Source: Intoshia linei (Eukaryota; Animalia; Orthonectida). From it: a stretch of 64,000 nucleotides of DNA. The number at the start of each line of letters is the position of its first letter. Positions within the stretch are counted from its first letter, which is position 1. The stretch covers positions 30,747 to 94,746 of the forward strand of contig LWCA01000010.1 in the NCBI GenBank assembly GCA_001642005.1, read 5' to 3'. Made by a program: the position numbers and the translations under genes. The notes under the pieces were generated by a model. It saw nothing but the letters and a program-made list of their open reading frames with translations. It was not told the origin of the DNA and made no database searches. Positions 1 through 12,536 of this stretch are shown here, in pieces.

Positions 1-8
1 TTTTTAAG

Positions 9-128
9 ATGGACGTATCACTGAAACTGGAAGATTACTATTACAAAAAAATAACAAAATCTCACGATCGAACAGAAGGTTTGAATGCATTTTTAGAAAA
101 AAAAACTCCAAAATATACAGGATATTAA
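9..128 (+). CDS. AUH: Last exon of crotonase-family enoyl-CoA hydratase, methylglutaconyl-CoA hydratase (AUH)-like; 5' part outside window
   Basis: After tttttaag acceptor reads MDVSLKLEDYYYKKITKSHDRTEGLNAFLEKKTPKYTGY*, matching the crotonase C-terminal DRxEGxxAFxEKRxPxYxG motif; AATAAA at 136-141. Confidence 0.7.
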   Translation: MDVSLKLEDYYYKKITKSHDRTEGLNAFLEKKTPKYTGY

Positions 129-154
129 TTTATTCAATAAACCTGACAATTAAA

Positions 155-3100
155 TTACACTTTTGGAGGTATTTTCAACGCATTTAATTTATGTTGAATC
201 TAAAAAAAGTTATTAATATACAAGCCATGTGATTACATGTTCCAAGTTTTTAATTTGTCGAATAAAAATATCGCTTGTTTTTTTGGAAACTGTAGTATTA
301 GCAATATGTATCATGTCCTAAAATTTGTTTATTAGTCAAAATAAAAAACATACTCCATCTATGTAAAAATCCAATTTAGCCTTATTTTTCTTTTCATTCT
401 CTAAATCTTGAGAATTGTTCGCTCGGTGCTAAAAGGTAAGTTAAAATTCAAAAATAAAATATAATTTATAAACAAGTTGTATTATTGTGAAAAATACCTT
501 GCAGCACATCAAATATTGATAAATTTTTTCTTCTGGCTAAAAACAAATAATGATAATTGAATTAAAAATTACCTGTTGCATAAAGTACGATAATCTTTTT
601 ATGGGTATTGTGGAATAAAATCCTATATAACTTCTAAGTTCCGGCATCAATTGTGTTTTTGAGGCGATAACCTCATTTAAGAAAAATTCAAGTTGGTGGT
701 TAATTGGTAGCTGAAATTCAATGAAAAAAATTAATTTAAAAAAATAACCATCGTTCGTTCACACATCTCAGAATCAGTGGGAATAAATGGCGAAACGAAT
801 TTTGGGCAAGACGTTTTAAAGCAATTTTCAAATTCTTTTAAATCACTATAAATGATTATATAAATTAAGACAATATTCTAACCCAGCCAGCAATTTCCCG
901 TATCTATCTGATAAACGATTTTTCATATCATGCATAATGCTTTCATCGATTTGTAGTGGGTTCAATGCTAAAGACATGGCCAAAATGTAAAACATTTTGT
1001 CAACCAATTGCTTTTTCTAGAATTTGTTAATTTAAATTTTTTCTAGAATATACCTCGTTATAAATTCCTTTATTAATCGTACTGCTTTGTTCTTCTTCAT
1101 AATTTATGGCCGCACAAATGTAACTAATTGCCTCAGTGTATCGACGAAGCATGAAATAACAAAATGATACATAGTAGTAGTAATTTATAATACATTCGGG
1201 CACTTTGCATATTGTAGACTAAAAAATACAAAATAGAATGTTTGCTACTATCGTTTTCACACTCTATCGTTTAATGTTGATTTTTTTAATAAAAAGTTAT
1301 TTATTTTGCTTGTTTTTTTATGTTTAAAATCACTTAAAATATAAATAAAAAACTAGATTTTTCCTTAAAGGGTTGGTAAAGTAAAATTGGATTTTTCCCT
1401 AAAGGGTTGGTAAAAGTGGATTTTCCCTTCTAGGGTTTGTAAAAGTAGATTTTTCCCTAATGGGTTTGTAAAACTAGATTGTTTCCTTTTAGGGTTGTTA
1501 AAAATTGGATTTTTCCTTTTAGGGTTGGTAAATTGTAATTTTTATTAAAAATGGTTGGATTTAAGTATTTCTATTTTTTTTGGTAGACATTTGACATTTG
1601 GAACCATTCGATTATTTTGAAAATTTTGAATGAGGCATATGAATCATTGGTTGTGAAACTGCTATAATGCTATTTCATCAATAAAATCATGAACATACCA
1701 AAATAATTCTATCAATATTTGCTACATATGAAAGAGCATGTTGATAATCTGCCAACAAACAATTGATACGTAAGAGCCCAATTAAACTGAACAAGCCCAG
1801 TTCATAATAAATGTCACGGCATCCAAATTTTCCGGCAGCATTCATTCGATCCTCTAATAATTGTAATAACATCATTTATACAAGTACAAAAATAATGAAT
1901 GGTGCCAATATTAATGATCAACCGTTTTGAAATATCACTTAAACATCGTTGAGATTACAGCCTGGAACAAATATAGAAATGATAAACATGCATAAATTTC
2001 AATAAAAATAACGTAATGTTTACTAGGCCCCCTTTTCGACAACCGTTTCTAAAAGTCTCACGTGAATTACCAACTATAAAGTACACAGCTAAGGATTTTT
2101 AAATAAAAATAACCTCCTTCATTCAATAATATAAGTTGATTATTTATATTGGCTCTATCGCACATAAGAACGCAAATTTTGATAACAGAGTGAACATTCC
2201 AAGCCTAAATTTAATCAATTATAATACAGGGTTCCCACATTTTTTCACGACTACTATAAAACGAAATTAAAAGGCAACTTTAAAAAAATTTTGATCAAAA
2301 ACGTAATATATTTCCTTATTAATCCTTACGTGTATATTATAAAATGGTTAAAAATGTATGTGTTTATTTAAGAAAGTAAGATGAGTCGAGTTTTACAAAT
2401 TCCTTATTCTTATAGCAGTTTTTTCAGAGTGATGTTTTATCGCAAATTTCTATTTCAGAAATTGAGTCTTTCAAAATTAAAAACCCCATATGTCCTTTGT
2501 TTTTAAATTAAAACTCGTTCTAAAATTATAAAAATTACCCATTCTTACGAAAAGATTTAAATTCATCAATATTATGATTTCAAAACCTCAAAATGCCCTT
2601 TTTTATAAAAATTATGAAAGTCTTATAATTTTATACAACGTACATCCTAATATTGTTTTTAATTTCATAAGCATTGTCATAAATGGTAACCTCAAAAAAG
2701 GTAATTTTCACGGTCAAAACCCAGATTACCCTTTTTTTTACAAATAATTTGAAATTTTGAAAAAACCCTGGAATTAAAAAAAAGTTACAACAAAACAAAA
2801 TTAAAAAGGAATAATTCACTTTAAATTAAAAGGTAATGTGATATGACGGATCCACGTGAAATAAGTTTGGGAGCCACTCCTTTAAAGGGTTGACATTACT
2901 GAATAGTAGCATTTTGAAGTTATATTTCTTATAAATATTCAAAATATTCCCTCGGCAGAACTAGATACTTTTAATACCTAGTACATAACGGTAAACTAGT
3001 AATAATCAAGAATAAGGAAAAAAATGTCACTTTTCGGTATTTGGGAAACGCTATTATAATATATTAGGATGCCCGTCCTACATAAAACATACTAAATAAA

Positions 3101-4320
3101 AACATACGTTGCTGGTATCTTTATTCAGGGTTTTTTCAATATTTCTGTAACGAAATTGAGTGAATGCTTGAAACTAGTGATAAAAATATTAAAATGATTA
3201 TATACAAAATAAGAAAAATACAAACCTGGTAAATAAATTCTGTAACCATATTCCATAACCATATACTAGGTAAATGCAAATCCACTGGATCGTTGGCCAC
3301 TAGAAATAATAAAATTTACCTAATAAACTATATAACTAAGTCAGTTCCAATTATAGTTGGATAGTTTAAAAATAATATTGATTTTGTTGAGCACCACTCA
3401 TTAAACAAATAAACTTACACAAAAGACCTTGGAAAATATTAATATAATTATTGTAGGAATCAATTCTTGCGTCCAATTGTGGTCCACCCTAAAAAACGGA
3501 ATCAATATTATAAATACTATAGCTTAATGTTTCGTATAGTTTAACGTGAATCTATACTTGATTTTATATATTTAAATAAATATTACTTCAACTCTAGCAT
3601 AGTAGTGTCTATAATAAATTTCCTTGTAGAGTCTGGAAAAAACAGTATCTGTAATAAAAAATTAAAATAACAATTATAAATTTAATACAAATTGATATAA
3701 CTTTGTATTACGTATAAAGATATGTATAAAAGTGTTAATTTTTTTTCTCAACCTTTTTTTCATTTGGGCATTTGGAACAATGAAAACATTGTGGCTTATA
3801 AGACAATAACAAAATAGTAACAAATATATATTTGTTGGATATTTACTGATTCTGACTCTAATCCGTACTTAAATATAAGATTTTGCGATGATATGACTCA
3901 AATTTAAAAAAGAGTTTTTCAGTACATGAACATGAACATTAACAAAAAATGACATAACGACCGCCTGTGATATGGTGTCTAGCTCATTTTCATATTTTCG
4001 CTGGGCAACACTCACAAACATTCATCCACACAAACTTTCTTATTTTTACAAAGTTTGAAACAATAAAATGCATAATTTCTTGTAACCAATAAATTGTTAT
4101 ACAATTTTCATACAAAATAATAATAAAAATTACCTATATTAACATAATTATCCATACTTTCAATACTTGGCCAAGGAACATTGTCGAAGAATGTATTTGT
4201 TATTTCAACAAACTTTTTATCGTAACATTCTTTAACTTCATAAATGTTGTGACTCAATATGTACTGTTGAAAATTCCGAACAAATTCAATTACAGTATTA
4301 TCAATTGGTGAAGATTGCAT
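155..4320 (-). CDS. EIF3L: Eukaryotic translation initiation factor 3 subunit L (multi-exon)
   Basis: Exon peptides YDKKFVEITNTFFDNVPWPS, LYKEIYYRHYY, LPSIWLWNM, YYELGLFSLIGLLRINCLLADYQHAL, SCPKFVSP, ELRSYIGFYSTI and DMIHIANT match eIF3L; GT-AG introns; stop TAA at 157-155. Confidence 0.92.
1351..1535. repeat. Intronic minisatellite, ~6-7 x ~29 bp (consensus ~AAAACTAGATTTTTCCCTAAAGGGTTGGT)
   Basis: Directly visible degenerate tandem units inside an eIF3L intron. Confidence 0.85.
2323..2999 (+). mobile_element. Non-autonomous Helitron copy in eIF3L intron
   Basis: A|TCCTTACGTG 5' end; 3' CCCTCGGCAG...GTACATAACGGTAAACTAG|T; body shared with many other copies in the window. Confidence 0.7.
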
Positions 4321-4754
4321 TATAATTATTAATTAACTGAATATTAAAATTGTTGACTGTATCGTGTCTGATATAAAGTTTTGTTAAATTTGATAATTAA
4401 TTTTTGTTTATATGGTTACATTTATACATTATCCAACTGTTTTGAATTGATCGTACGTTTTTATGGGGACTTAAAGTCTTGGTATCTTGAAACAATATTA
4501 ATTGCGCCACTGCGTTTGTGTATTAAAATACTATACATTTGAGTACAGTTTTAATTTTATTAAATCATTAGCGTGAACTGAAGGATATTAAAATTATTTT
4601 TTTCTGTATACATTAAGTTATAAACTGGTAAAAAGTACATTGTAAATTTTATTTAAAGAATTTGCATTGTAATCAATATAAATATTTGAATTTAAAATTA
4701 AATAAATAACTGAAATTTTTAAACTTAAAAAGTTTTATTTACACATGATACATA

Positions 4755-7700
4755 TCATTTCTTTTTAAAGCTAGAATACTGTCTATTAATTCTTCGAAGA
4801 GGGTAATTTTGTTGACCAAATTTTTGTGCGTAACCTTGATGTTTAATTCTTTCATTAAGTCCCATACAATGACATAAAAGAATGTGTTTAAAAGGTTCTC
4901 TGAATTCTCGATTAAAGCTAACATAAATTATTGGATTGAATAGACTGTTGCTGTAACCTATCCATAATAATAAACTGGATACAAATTTTGGTACTATTTC
5001 ACCTTTGAAAGGACGAATCAGCGCCAATATAAAGAAAGGCATCCAACAGATAATAAATGTTCCCATTACAATACCTAAATATAATTAATAATAAATTCCA
5101 TTTATAAACAATTTTCGGGACAAGGAATGTTACTAAAATTGAACATTAATTCAAAAAGATTATCAAATTTATGAGACAAATAAAAAAGTGGCAATATAAC
5201 AATTTTATAGTTTTTAGTGTTATTCACTGTAAAAAAAAAATTAAAAAAAGAGACTGAGGTGTCATATTTACGAGAATACGAATTTTATAGGTTAGTACTC
5301 AATGAATTAAAATCCTTATTTACGTACATCGTACGTTATAGTACGTAAAACGTATCCTTTACTGATATAAAATTGAATGTGTGCGTTAATGTTTATTATA
5401 ACAATAGATGGTCGTAAATGTAATGAATAAAGTTAGTCACTATGACTTTATCCATTATCGTAAAAATAACGTGAAAATAACGTGAAAATAATTTACTTTA
5501 AATATTAAATTTATATCATTGATCTTAAATATCTATATTCATTACAGTAGAATTTAAACAAATCCTATATCTAATACAGGATCAATATTTACATTTTCAA
5601 TTTTTATTTTAATCGAAATATTTGATAAATATTAGTTGATATTATATTAAAAATTATTTTTCAAAGGTGAATGCGCAGCTTTGTGGGGTTGAAATTTTGT
5701 GTTTATATTAACTGGAATAAGCTCTATCAATTATATTTTTATTTTTAAATTTTGGACAGTCAATTATTTCACACTTTTTGTAAAGAAAACATAATAAAAT
5801 ATTTCAAAAAAAAAATTTATGAATATTAAAATGTTTTTTTGATTGTGATGGCGTCACTTATTTATATTGAAATTTTTTGTGTGTGTTAACAGGATACAAC
5901 TGTACCACCTGCAATTTTTTTAAATTCTAGGGCTATTTTCATTAAAAAAAAAAAATAATTTGGGATTTAGCTTTGAAAATGTATTTTTTTAAATTGAAAT
6001 TTATGATTTTAAAATCCGTATCAAAGTACATGTTTTTTTTTAATCTCTTGAACTCGTTTGATTTTCAAAAATAGGGACAATAGGGGTTTAACCTGTAAGG
6101 TGTGAGTTTGGGAAAGTCACCCTCAAAAAAGTGGATTTACATTACCAAACCGAGATTGCCCATTTCCTAAAAAAATTAAAATAGTTACCGAATTTTCAAA
6201 AAATTACAGCTGATACAGTTATATTAGTGAACACACACTATAAAAATTTAATTTGACAAAGTGACGCCTTCACTGTCAAAAAATCTCTTTAGTATTAATT
6301 TTTTTTATTATAAAACTATTTTATTAAAACAAAAATAAAAAATTTTTTACCCAAATATTTTTATCAAAATAAAATTAAAGTGGAATCATTCACTTTAAAT
6401 TAAAAAGTAATGCGATATGACGAGTCCACGTGAAGCAAGTTTGGGATGCACTTGTTTAAAGGATTGATAGTGAATAGTAGCATTTTTATGTTAGATTTTC
6501 TTATTGAATTTATTTTTTTGGTAGAATAAAAATTACCCCTCGGCAGAGCTAGGTGCTATTATTACAAAGTACATACAAATAACAGTCAAGCCAGTCGTAT
6601 ATAAAATTTAATTTCTGTGTGTCTCATGTTTGTTACCGTTTATTTAAAAAATTAACACTTCTAGAATATAATGAAATCACATTTCTAATACAGTTTTTCG
6701 AAAGAAATGTTCTTATGCAAGTTTCTATTTAAAACATTGAGTCTTTCAGGGTCAAAACCCAATTCCTGAGTATGCTTCAATCTATACTATAGATTGTATA
6801 TTGTAATCATGAATGCAACAAATGTGGATAAATTTAGATTGAAATCAATAAATTATATTAGGAGTTTCTTGATTTGCTTATTACATAAAAATAGTTTCAA
6901 TACACTAACTACGTAACAAGTAGTGTTACAGGATTTTGTAATTTTTATTTGATTAATCTTTCAAAAAAAATAAAAAAAGTCAGTCTAACATATGGAACTA
7001 GTTTCACGGCGTTCATTATTTTTTTTCCTTGTTCCAAGATTTACTCTAACATGTTAAAGTTGTATGTACATTAGGGTGTGCACTTTTGACATTTTTTTTT
7101 AAATTTAAAAAAGTATATTTGAGTACAGATACATAATGTTATTTAGATCACAATGACGAAAAAAAATTTGAAAACGGTCGTTATTTTTTAAGGCAAAAAA
7201 TTTGTACTTTAAAGTTTATTTATTTTAAATAATTTTACAATTATTAATATAAATTATTTATTTATATATTATTGTTAATAAAATCAATCTTCAGATTAAT
7301 TAAGAGTGACATTAAGGTGATAACGAGATATTTTAACATATAAAATGTATTTATTCATCAAAGTTCTAATTTTTAATTTTATTAAACCTAATGGAAGTGG
7401 GACCGAGTGTAAATTTATTCCAGATATCATATAATTCTATTGCAGTTTTATCACAAGAGTATGCTTTTGATTTTCTTGGATTTGCCAATTGTAAAAAATG
7501 ATATCTTCCCAAGATTTTCTTTATTGTAGGTAATCTTGATGATCTGCTTAAAGGTTCACTAATAAGTATTCCGTATGAACGTGATAATCTCAATTTTTTT
7601 CTAGACAATATATTTTTTGGTTGTGACATGAAATATTACAAAAATGAAATTAATTAATAATTTAAATAATAAACTGTTTACGTTTCAATAATAATAAAAA

Positions 7701-9105
7701 AAAATGCATTTTAAATTTTTGCCTTAGAAAATTTTAATTAAATGAATTTTTTTTACATATTCGTGATTAGCATATAAAAATACACCTATATGCAAATATA
7801 CTTTTTGATCTTTAAAAAAGTACACACCCTAATGTACATTTACAATTTAATTTAGTTAATTTATTTAATTATGTAGGATTTTTTATTCCCACACGCCAAA
7901 ATCTGACGAATAGTGACTGTGACTAAAAAAATCGATAAAAAAATCAATAAATATTAATTCAATATTAATACTGTGTAGATAACGGTCTTAAATCAAATAC
8001 TTCCGTTACAGGTATGTATTAATATGTGTAGTGTAATTTTTGACAGTATACACATCTGTATGTACAAACTGGATAAATGAATCTAAATCTAAATGATTAT
8101 TTTTCTGTTGAAGACTTTATCCCGTCTTCCCCACATGTAATAATTGTCGACGGCCCATTATAATGATATATTTTATATTATAATTGTACAATTATAATTA
8201 CCCAGAGTTTTAATTGCTTTAGATTCATTGTTTGGAGCGCTAAGGTTGGATTTTTGAGAAGAAACGTTACGTTTAAAATTAAATTTTTTGATGGAAACTT
8301 TCTTTCTAACTTTATCTATAACATCTAGCTTATTGGAAGCTTCAGAATTAATGGTACTCTTACGGTCAGATTTTTGAGTCACTAGAGATTGTTGAACTGA
8401 TATTGAAGGAATTGCTCTAGCTTCACTTTTATTGAGGCGTCTGGAAACTGCATAAATTTTATAATAAATAACACACATGACTGCGCACGGCAAGTAAAAT
8501 GATCCAATGGTGGCATAAAATTGGTACCCAATATTTTGAGACATTATGCAATCATTTGGAACAGGTTCAGATTTCCATCCAAACAAAGGTGGCAATGTAA
8601 TGATTGTACTCGTAATCCAAACGCCCACAATCATTATAATAAATTTGGGGACAGTACGTTTAGCAGAATAAACAAAAGGTCTTGTAATGAAATAATATCG
8701 ATCAATGCTAATCATGCAGAGATTCAGAATGGAAGCTGTGCAAAGCATTACGTCCATCGAAGTAAAAATTTCACAAACTGTCTGAGAAAGTGGCCAATAT
8801 CCGTAAATTTCGTGCACAGAAGCCAGAGGCATGGCAACTGTGGCCACCAACATATCACTGATTGCCAAGTTTAGTATGAGAAGATTTGAAGGAGTGCGAA
8901 GTTTTGCAACCAGCAAAACTGAAAAAATTACTAGAGAGTTTCCAAGTATAGTAAAAATGACAAGAATGGTAATGGCTATGATGACGAAATACTGAAATGG
9001 TCCAAACCTTACCGCCAATTGATCATTGTCATCAAGTTGGTTTGTGTTTATTTGAGATACGTTTTTTAGGATTAAATATGTTAGATTCTTTGCAGTTTCA
9101 TTCAT
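4755..9105 (-). CDS. Biogenic amine class A GPCR, serotonin receptor 5-HT7-like; exons 9105-8202 and 5074-4755
   Basis: GNSLV (TM1), LAISD (TM2), D3.32 in DVMLCTASILNLCMISIDRY, YQFYATIGSFYLP (TM5), KAIKTLG|IVMGTFIICWMPFFILALIRPF (TM6, phase-1 GT-AG intron 8201-5075), NSLFNPIIY (TM7). Confidence 0.9.
5313..6594 (+). mobile_element. Helitron-family composite in the GPCR intron, with an inverted internal Helitron segment (~5560-6130)
   Basis: A|TCCTTATTTAC start; CGGCAGAGCTAGGTGCT...CAGTCAAGCCAG|T end; the internal block is the reverse complement of the family body. Confidence 0.6.
7072..7831 (-). mobile_element. hAT-like internally deleted DNA transposon (TAGGGTG termini, 8-bp TSD ATGTACAT) with an 87-aa ORF (7629-7366), probable transposase N-terminus
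   Basis: TIR TAGGGTGTGCACTTTT / AAAAGTACACACCCTA; identical ATGTACAT on both flanks (7064-7071, 7832-7839). Confidence 0.8.
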
Positions 9106-11089
9106 GATTTTATTTCGTACAAGTATATATTATTCTAAATGTAATAATTACCATATATCATTAAAAATTATAAAAGTATCCAAGTTACTAATTATTATTG
9201 GATATTGGATATTATGGATAAACCAATTTATCAACAAAGAAAATCCTTTTTACGAATTGTTAAATTATTGATATTAACAATTGTATCAGCATTAAATATT
9301 AAACTTGATGATAAAGCCAACAGAAACGTTCACATAGCCGCATATTAGGGCAATATTTATGAGAGTATACACAAGTTTTTTAAAATAAGGTCAAAAAATT
9401 AGTGTGTTCGAAAACTAGATAATTATCCCTATTTTTATTTCTTAGCAATTTATGCATAATGGACTAATTTAAATAATCAATAGTTGATATTGATTTCATT
9501 TTATCGGATTATACATCATGTGATCATTCCGAGTTGCTATTCTCTACTTTGATAATAAATTAATTACCTATTAATGCAGATTTTATCAAATTTCTGTGCT
9601 GCGGACCAAAAAATTTTCGCTATGGACATATATATATATTTAGTTTTTACTTTGATGTCATGCTACAACATATATACGTTGTATTCAACAATTGGTATTG
9701 ACTCTTGTAACAACATTAAAAACCTCAATTTATTATTGAAGTTTTGAAAAGGTCTATTAAAAATCAATATATACTAATATGTATTTCTCTTCATATGTCA
9801 AGAATATTTTAAAACTATTAAATTGATTTATAAACAATGGAATTTATTTTTCGTAATACTTACAATCTTGATGTTTTAACCTACTTTATGTATTACAAAA
9901 GGTCGATACAACTAATATATACACAATTAAACAGTTTTTTTAGTTTAATGTTTTAAAAGTGCATACATATTATATGTAGTGACATGTAAAAGTAAAATTC
10001 ATCCATGAGACTAGAAAATTCCTTTTTTACCATCATGAGAAACATTGTACATTTAAATTCATTGAAATTCATTTATATATGTTGCATATGATGTGTACAA
10101 CTGTGAAATGTATACATTCCACGGGCAAGTCGTAGAATGTGTAAAATTTTCATTTATATTTTAATTTTAGTTTCATTTTGGGTTTTAGACATTTTTTTTG
10201 AACCAAACTTAAAAACAACTTTACAGTTTAGTTAAAAAATATCAAAAAACTTTACCTTAGTTTTTTGTTCAAAAAATAATTTTAAAAACCCCTCTTGAAA
10301 ATTCTGTTTAAAAAAAATTAAATAAGATAATTTTTTACGATCAAAACCACAGATTACCATCTTTTTTCAAAATGAAAACAGCCCTACAATTTAAATAAAT
10401 TTACAGATTGTTAACAGACACAAAAAATTTCAATCTGAATATGTGACGCCTTCACGATCAAAAAATTGAATTTTTAGTGTAATTTAGGTATACGACAGTG
10501 ATTATTATAATAAAACTTCAATATTAATGTGTTACTCCTTATAATGTTTCACAGTACCACCATGATGTATATGTTATGTGGAATGATCGTATTTCCAAAT
10601 TCTAAGGGAAAAGCCTTTTATTCAAATTTTTATCGGTATTCCGGCTAAACTGCAAAGAGTTATAGTAAAATTTGAAGCGTTTGCTATCGGCAGAGCTAGC
10701 TACTGTTTGTACCACGTAAAAACCGGTTAATTTAGTATCATTATAAATATCAAATTTATTACTTTCTGATGTAAGACTTTCTTGATATTTTATACAGCAA
10801 TGTTTATTAATCACTAGAATTTAAAATTATCTACGTCTAAAGTTAATGTAACCCATATTAATATACGGATCTCCAATTATAATTAGACAATAATTATTGT
10901 TTACAATAGATTGTTATACAATTACATGTACAATGTATAATTATAATACAATGGATAAAATACTAGCAAGTTTTAATTATTTCAATATTAATGAGCAAGT
11001 ACAAACTAATTCTAGCAATAATGGATAATGTGGAGCAATATCTAATCCAATTAAATTAAATTATAACCGGTTAAATGAGTATATTCTAA

Positions 11090-12350
11090 TCCTTACTTAC
11101 AAAATTATATATTATATTTATTATAATGCTTTGTTTTTATGTGTATGTGTGTTATTATTTATTTCAATAACTACCAGTCTTAGAATTTTATAAAGCCACA
11201 TTTCAATTACAGTTTTTTCCGGGGGTGTTAGCAAAATAAATTTAAACATCCCAAACTCACATCTAATGGTTCAAAAAGCCCAATTGTCCTTTTTTTTTAA
11301 CAATAACAAGTAACATATAAGGAAAACAGCCCTAAAATTTAAAAAAATTTCAATCTGAATAAGTGACGCCTTCATGGTCAAAAAAGCCTTTTAGTACATA
11401 CAGTGCGTGACATAAGTCTTAGATGTCCTGTTTGTTCAGAAACATTGTCCTAATATAAATCCTTATTTACATAAAGTAATTTACTTAAATTGTTAGTAAA
11501 AATGTATGTCTGTTTATTTATTTGATTTGTTCCAGCTTATATAAGAAAGTAAGAGGAGTCGAGTTTTAAAAATTCCATATTGATATGACAGCTTGTCGAG
11601 ATTCATGTTTTATCGAAAATTTCATTTTCAGAAATTGAGTCCTTCAAGGTCAAAAACCCCACTTATTTTTATCCTTTTATCCTTTTTTTAAAATTCAAAA
11701 CAGCCCTAGAATTATAAAAAATTCATAATTTGATAAAGATTTTAAAATTATCAGCATTATGATAATTTTCAATTTCAAAATCTCACGGCCAAAACTTTAA
11801 ATTACCTTTTTTTGTATTTTTGTAAAAATTGCGAAAATCTTATAATGTTATACAACCTACATTCTGGGATTTTTTTTCCCAAATCTATATCACAAAACCC
11901 AAAAAATTTTATTTTCACAATCAAACCAGCAGATTACACTTTTTTTAAAAAAAAGTAAAATAGTCCTGGAATTTTATAAAAAATTACAATTGATAGTTAT
12001 TTTCAGTGAACACACACAAAAAATTCAATCTGACAAAATGACGCCTTTCACGGTCAAAAAAGTACTTCAGTATTAATTTTTTTTATTTACAAAAATGTTA
12101 AACAAAAAATATGAAATAATGAACGGTCCTACAATTAAAAAAAAAAAATTATTCTGATAGAGCTTATTCCAGTTGATATATATATATACAAAATTAAAAC
12201 CCCAGAAATATACACATTCCAGATTAAAATTAATTTTTAATACATTATCAACCAATACTTGGATTAAAATTAAAGTGGAATTATATTCATGCAACAATTT
12301 AAAAAAAAATGCGCATTGAACACTTTGGCTTTACATTTATCATCAAATAA
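11090..12350 (+). mobile_element. Tandem Helitron-family fragments (5' ends at 11090 and ~11460)
   Basis: Two ATCCTTA(C/T)TTAC starts followed by family body sequence; right boundary approximate. Confidence 0.6.
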
Positions 12351-12536
12351 ATTAACATTGATAGTACGTCTTTTTCTGGCCACACTATTTATTTAAAAAA
12401 TATTTGGTATCAATAATAATTTGAAACTCCAATAGAAGATATATAGAAGTGCATATTTTATAAAGTTAGTATCAAACTATTAAAAAAATTATATATTAAA
12501 ATTTAAATATTGAAATTTTTATTCACATATTTTATT

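Noticed and set aside
200-221. Apparent 22-nt intron in eIF3L
   Set aside because: An upstream GT at 236 gives a 37-nt in-frame intron typical of this genome.
1351-1535. CRISPR-like appearance of ~29-bp palindromic repeats
   Set aside because: No unique spacers, units degenerate, lies in a eukaryotic intron, no cas genes.
3325-3415. Possible C/D snoRNA in an eIF3L intron (minus strand ATGAG...CTGA)
   Set aside because: Box C is non-canonical, there is no terminal stem, and CTGAC may simply be the branch point.
8521-8874. 117-aa plus-strand ORF (also 17610-17867, 19973-20227, 20396-20614, 34166-34429)
   Set aside because: Antisense shadows of real coding exons with no recognisable motifs.
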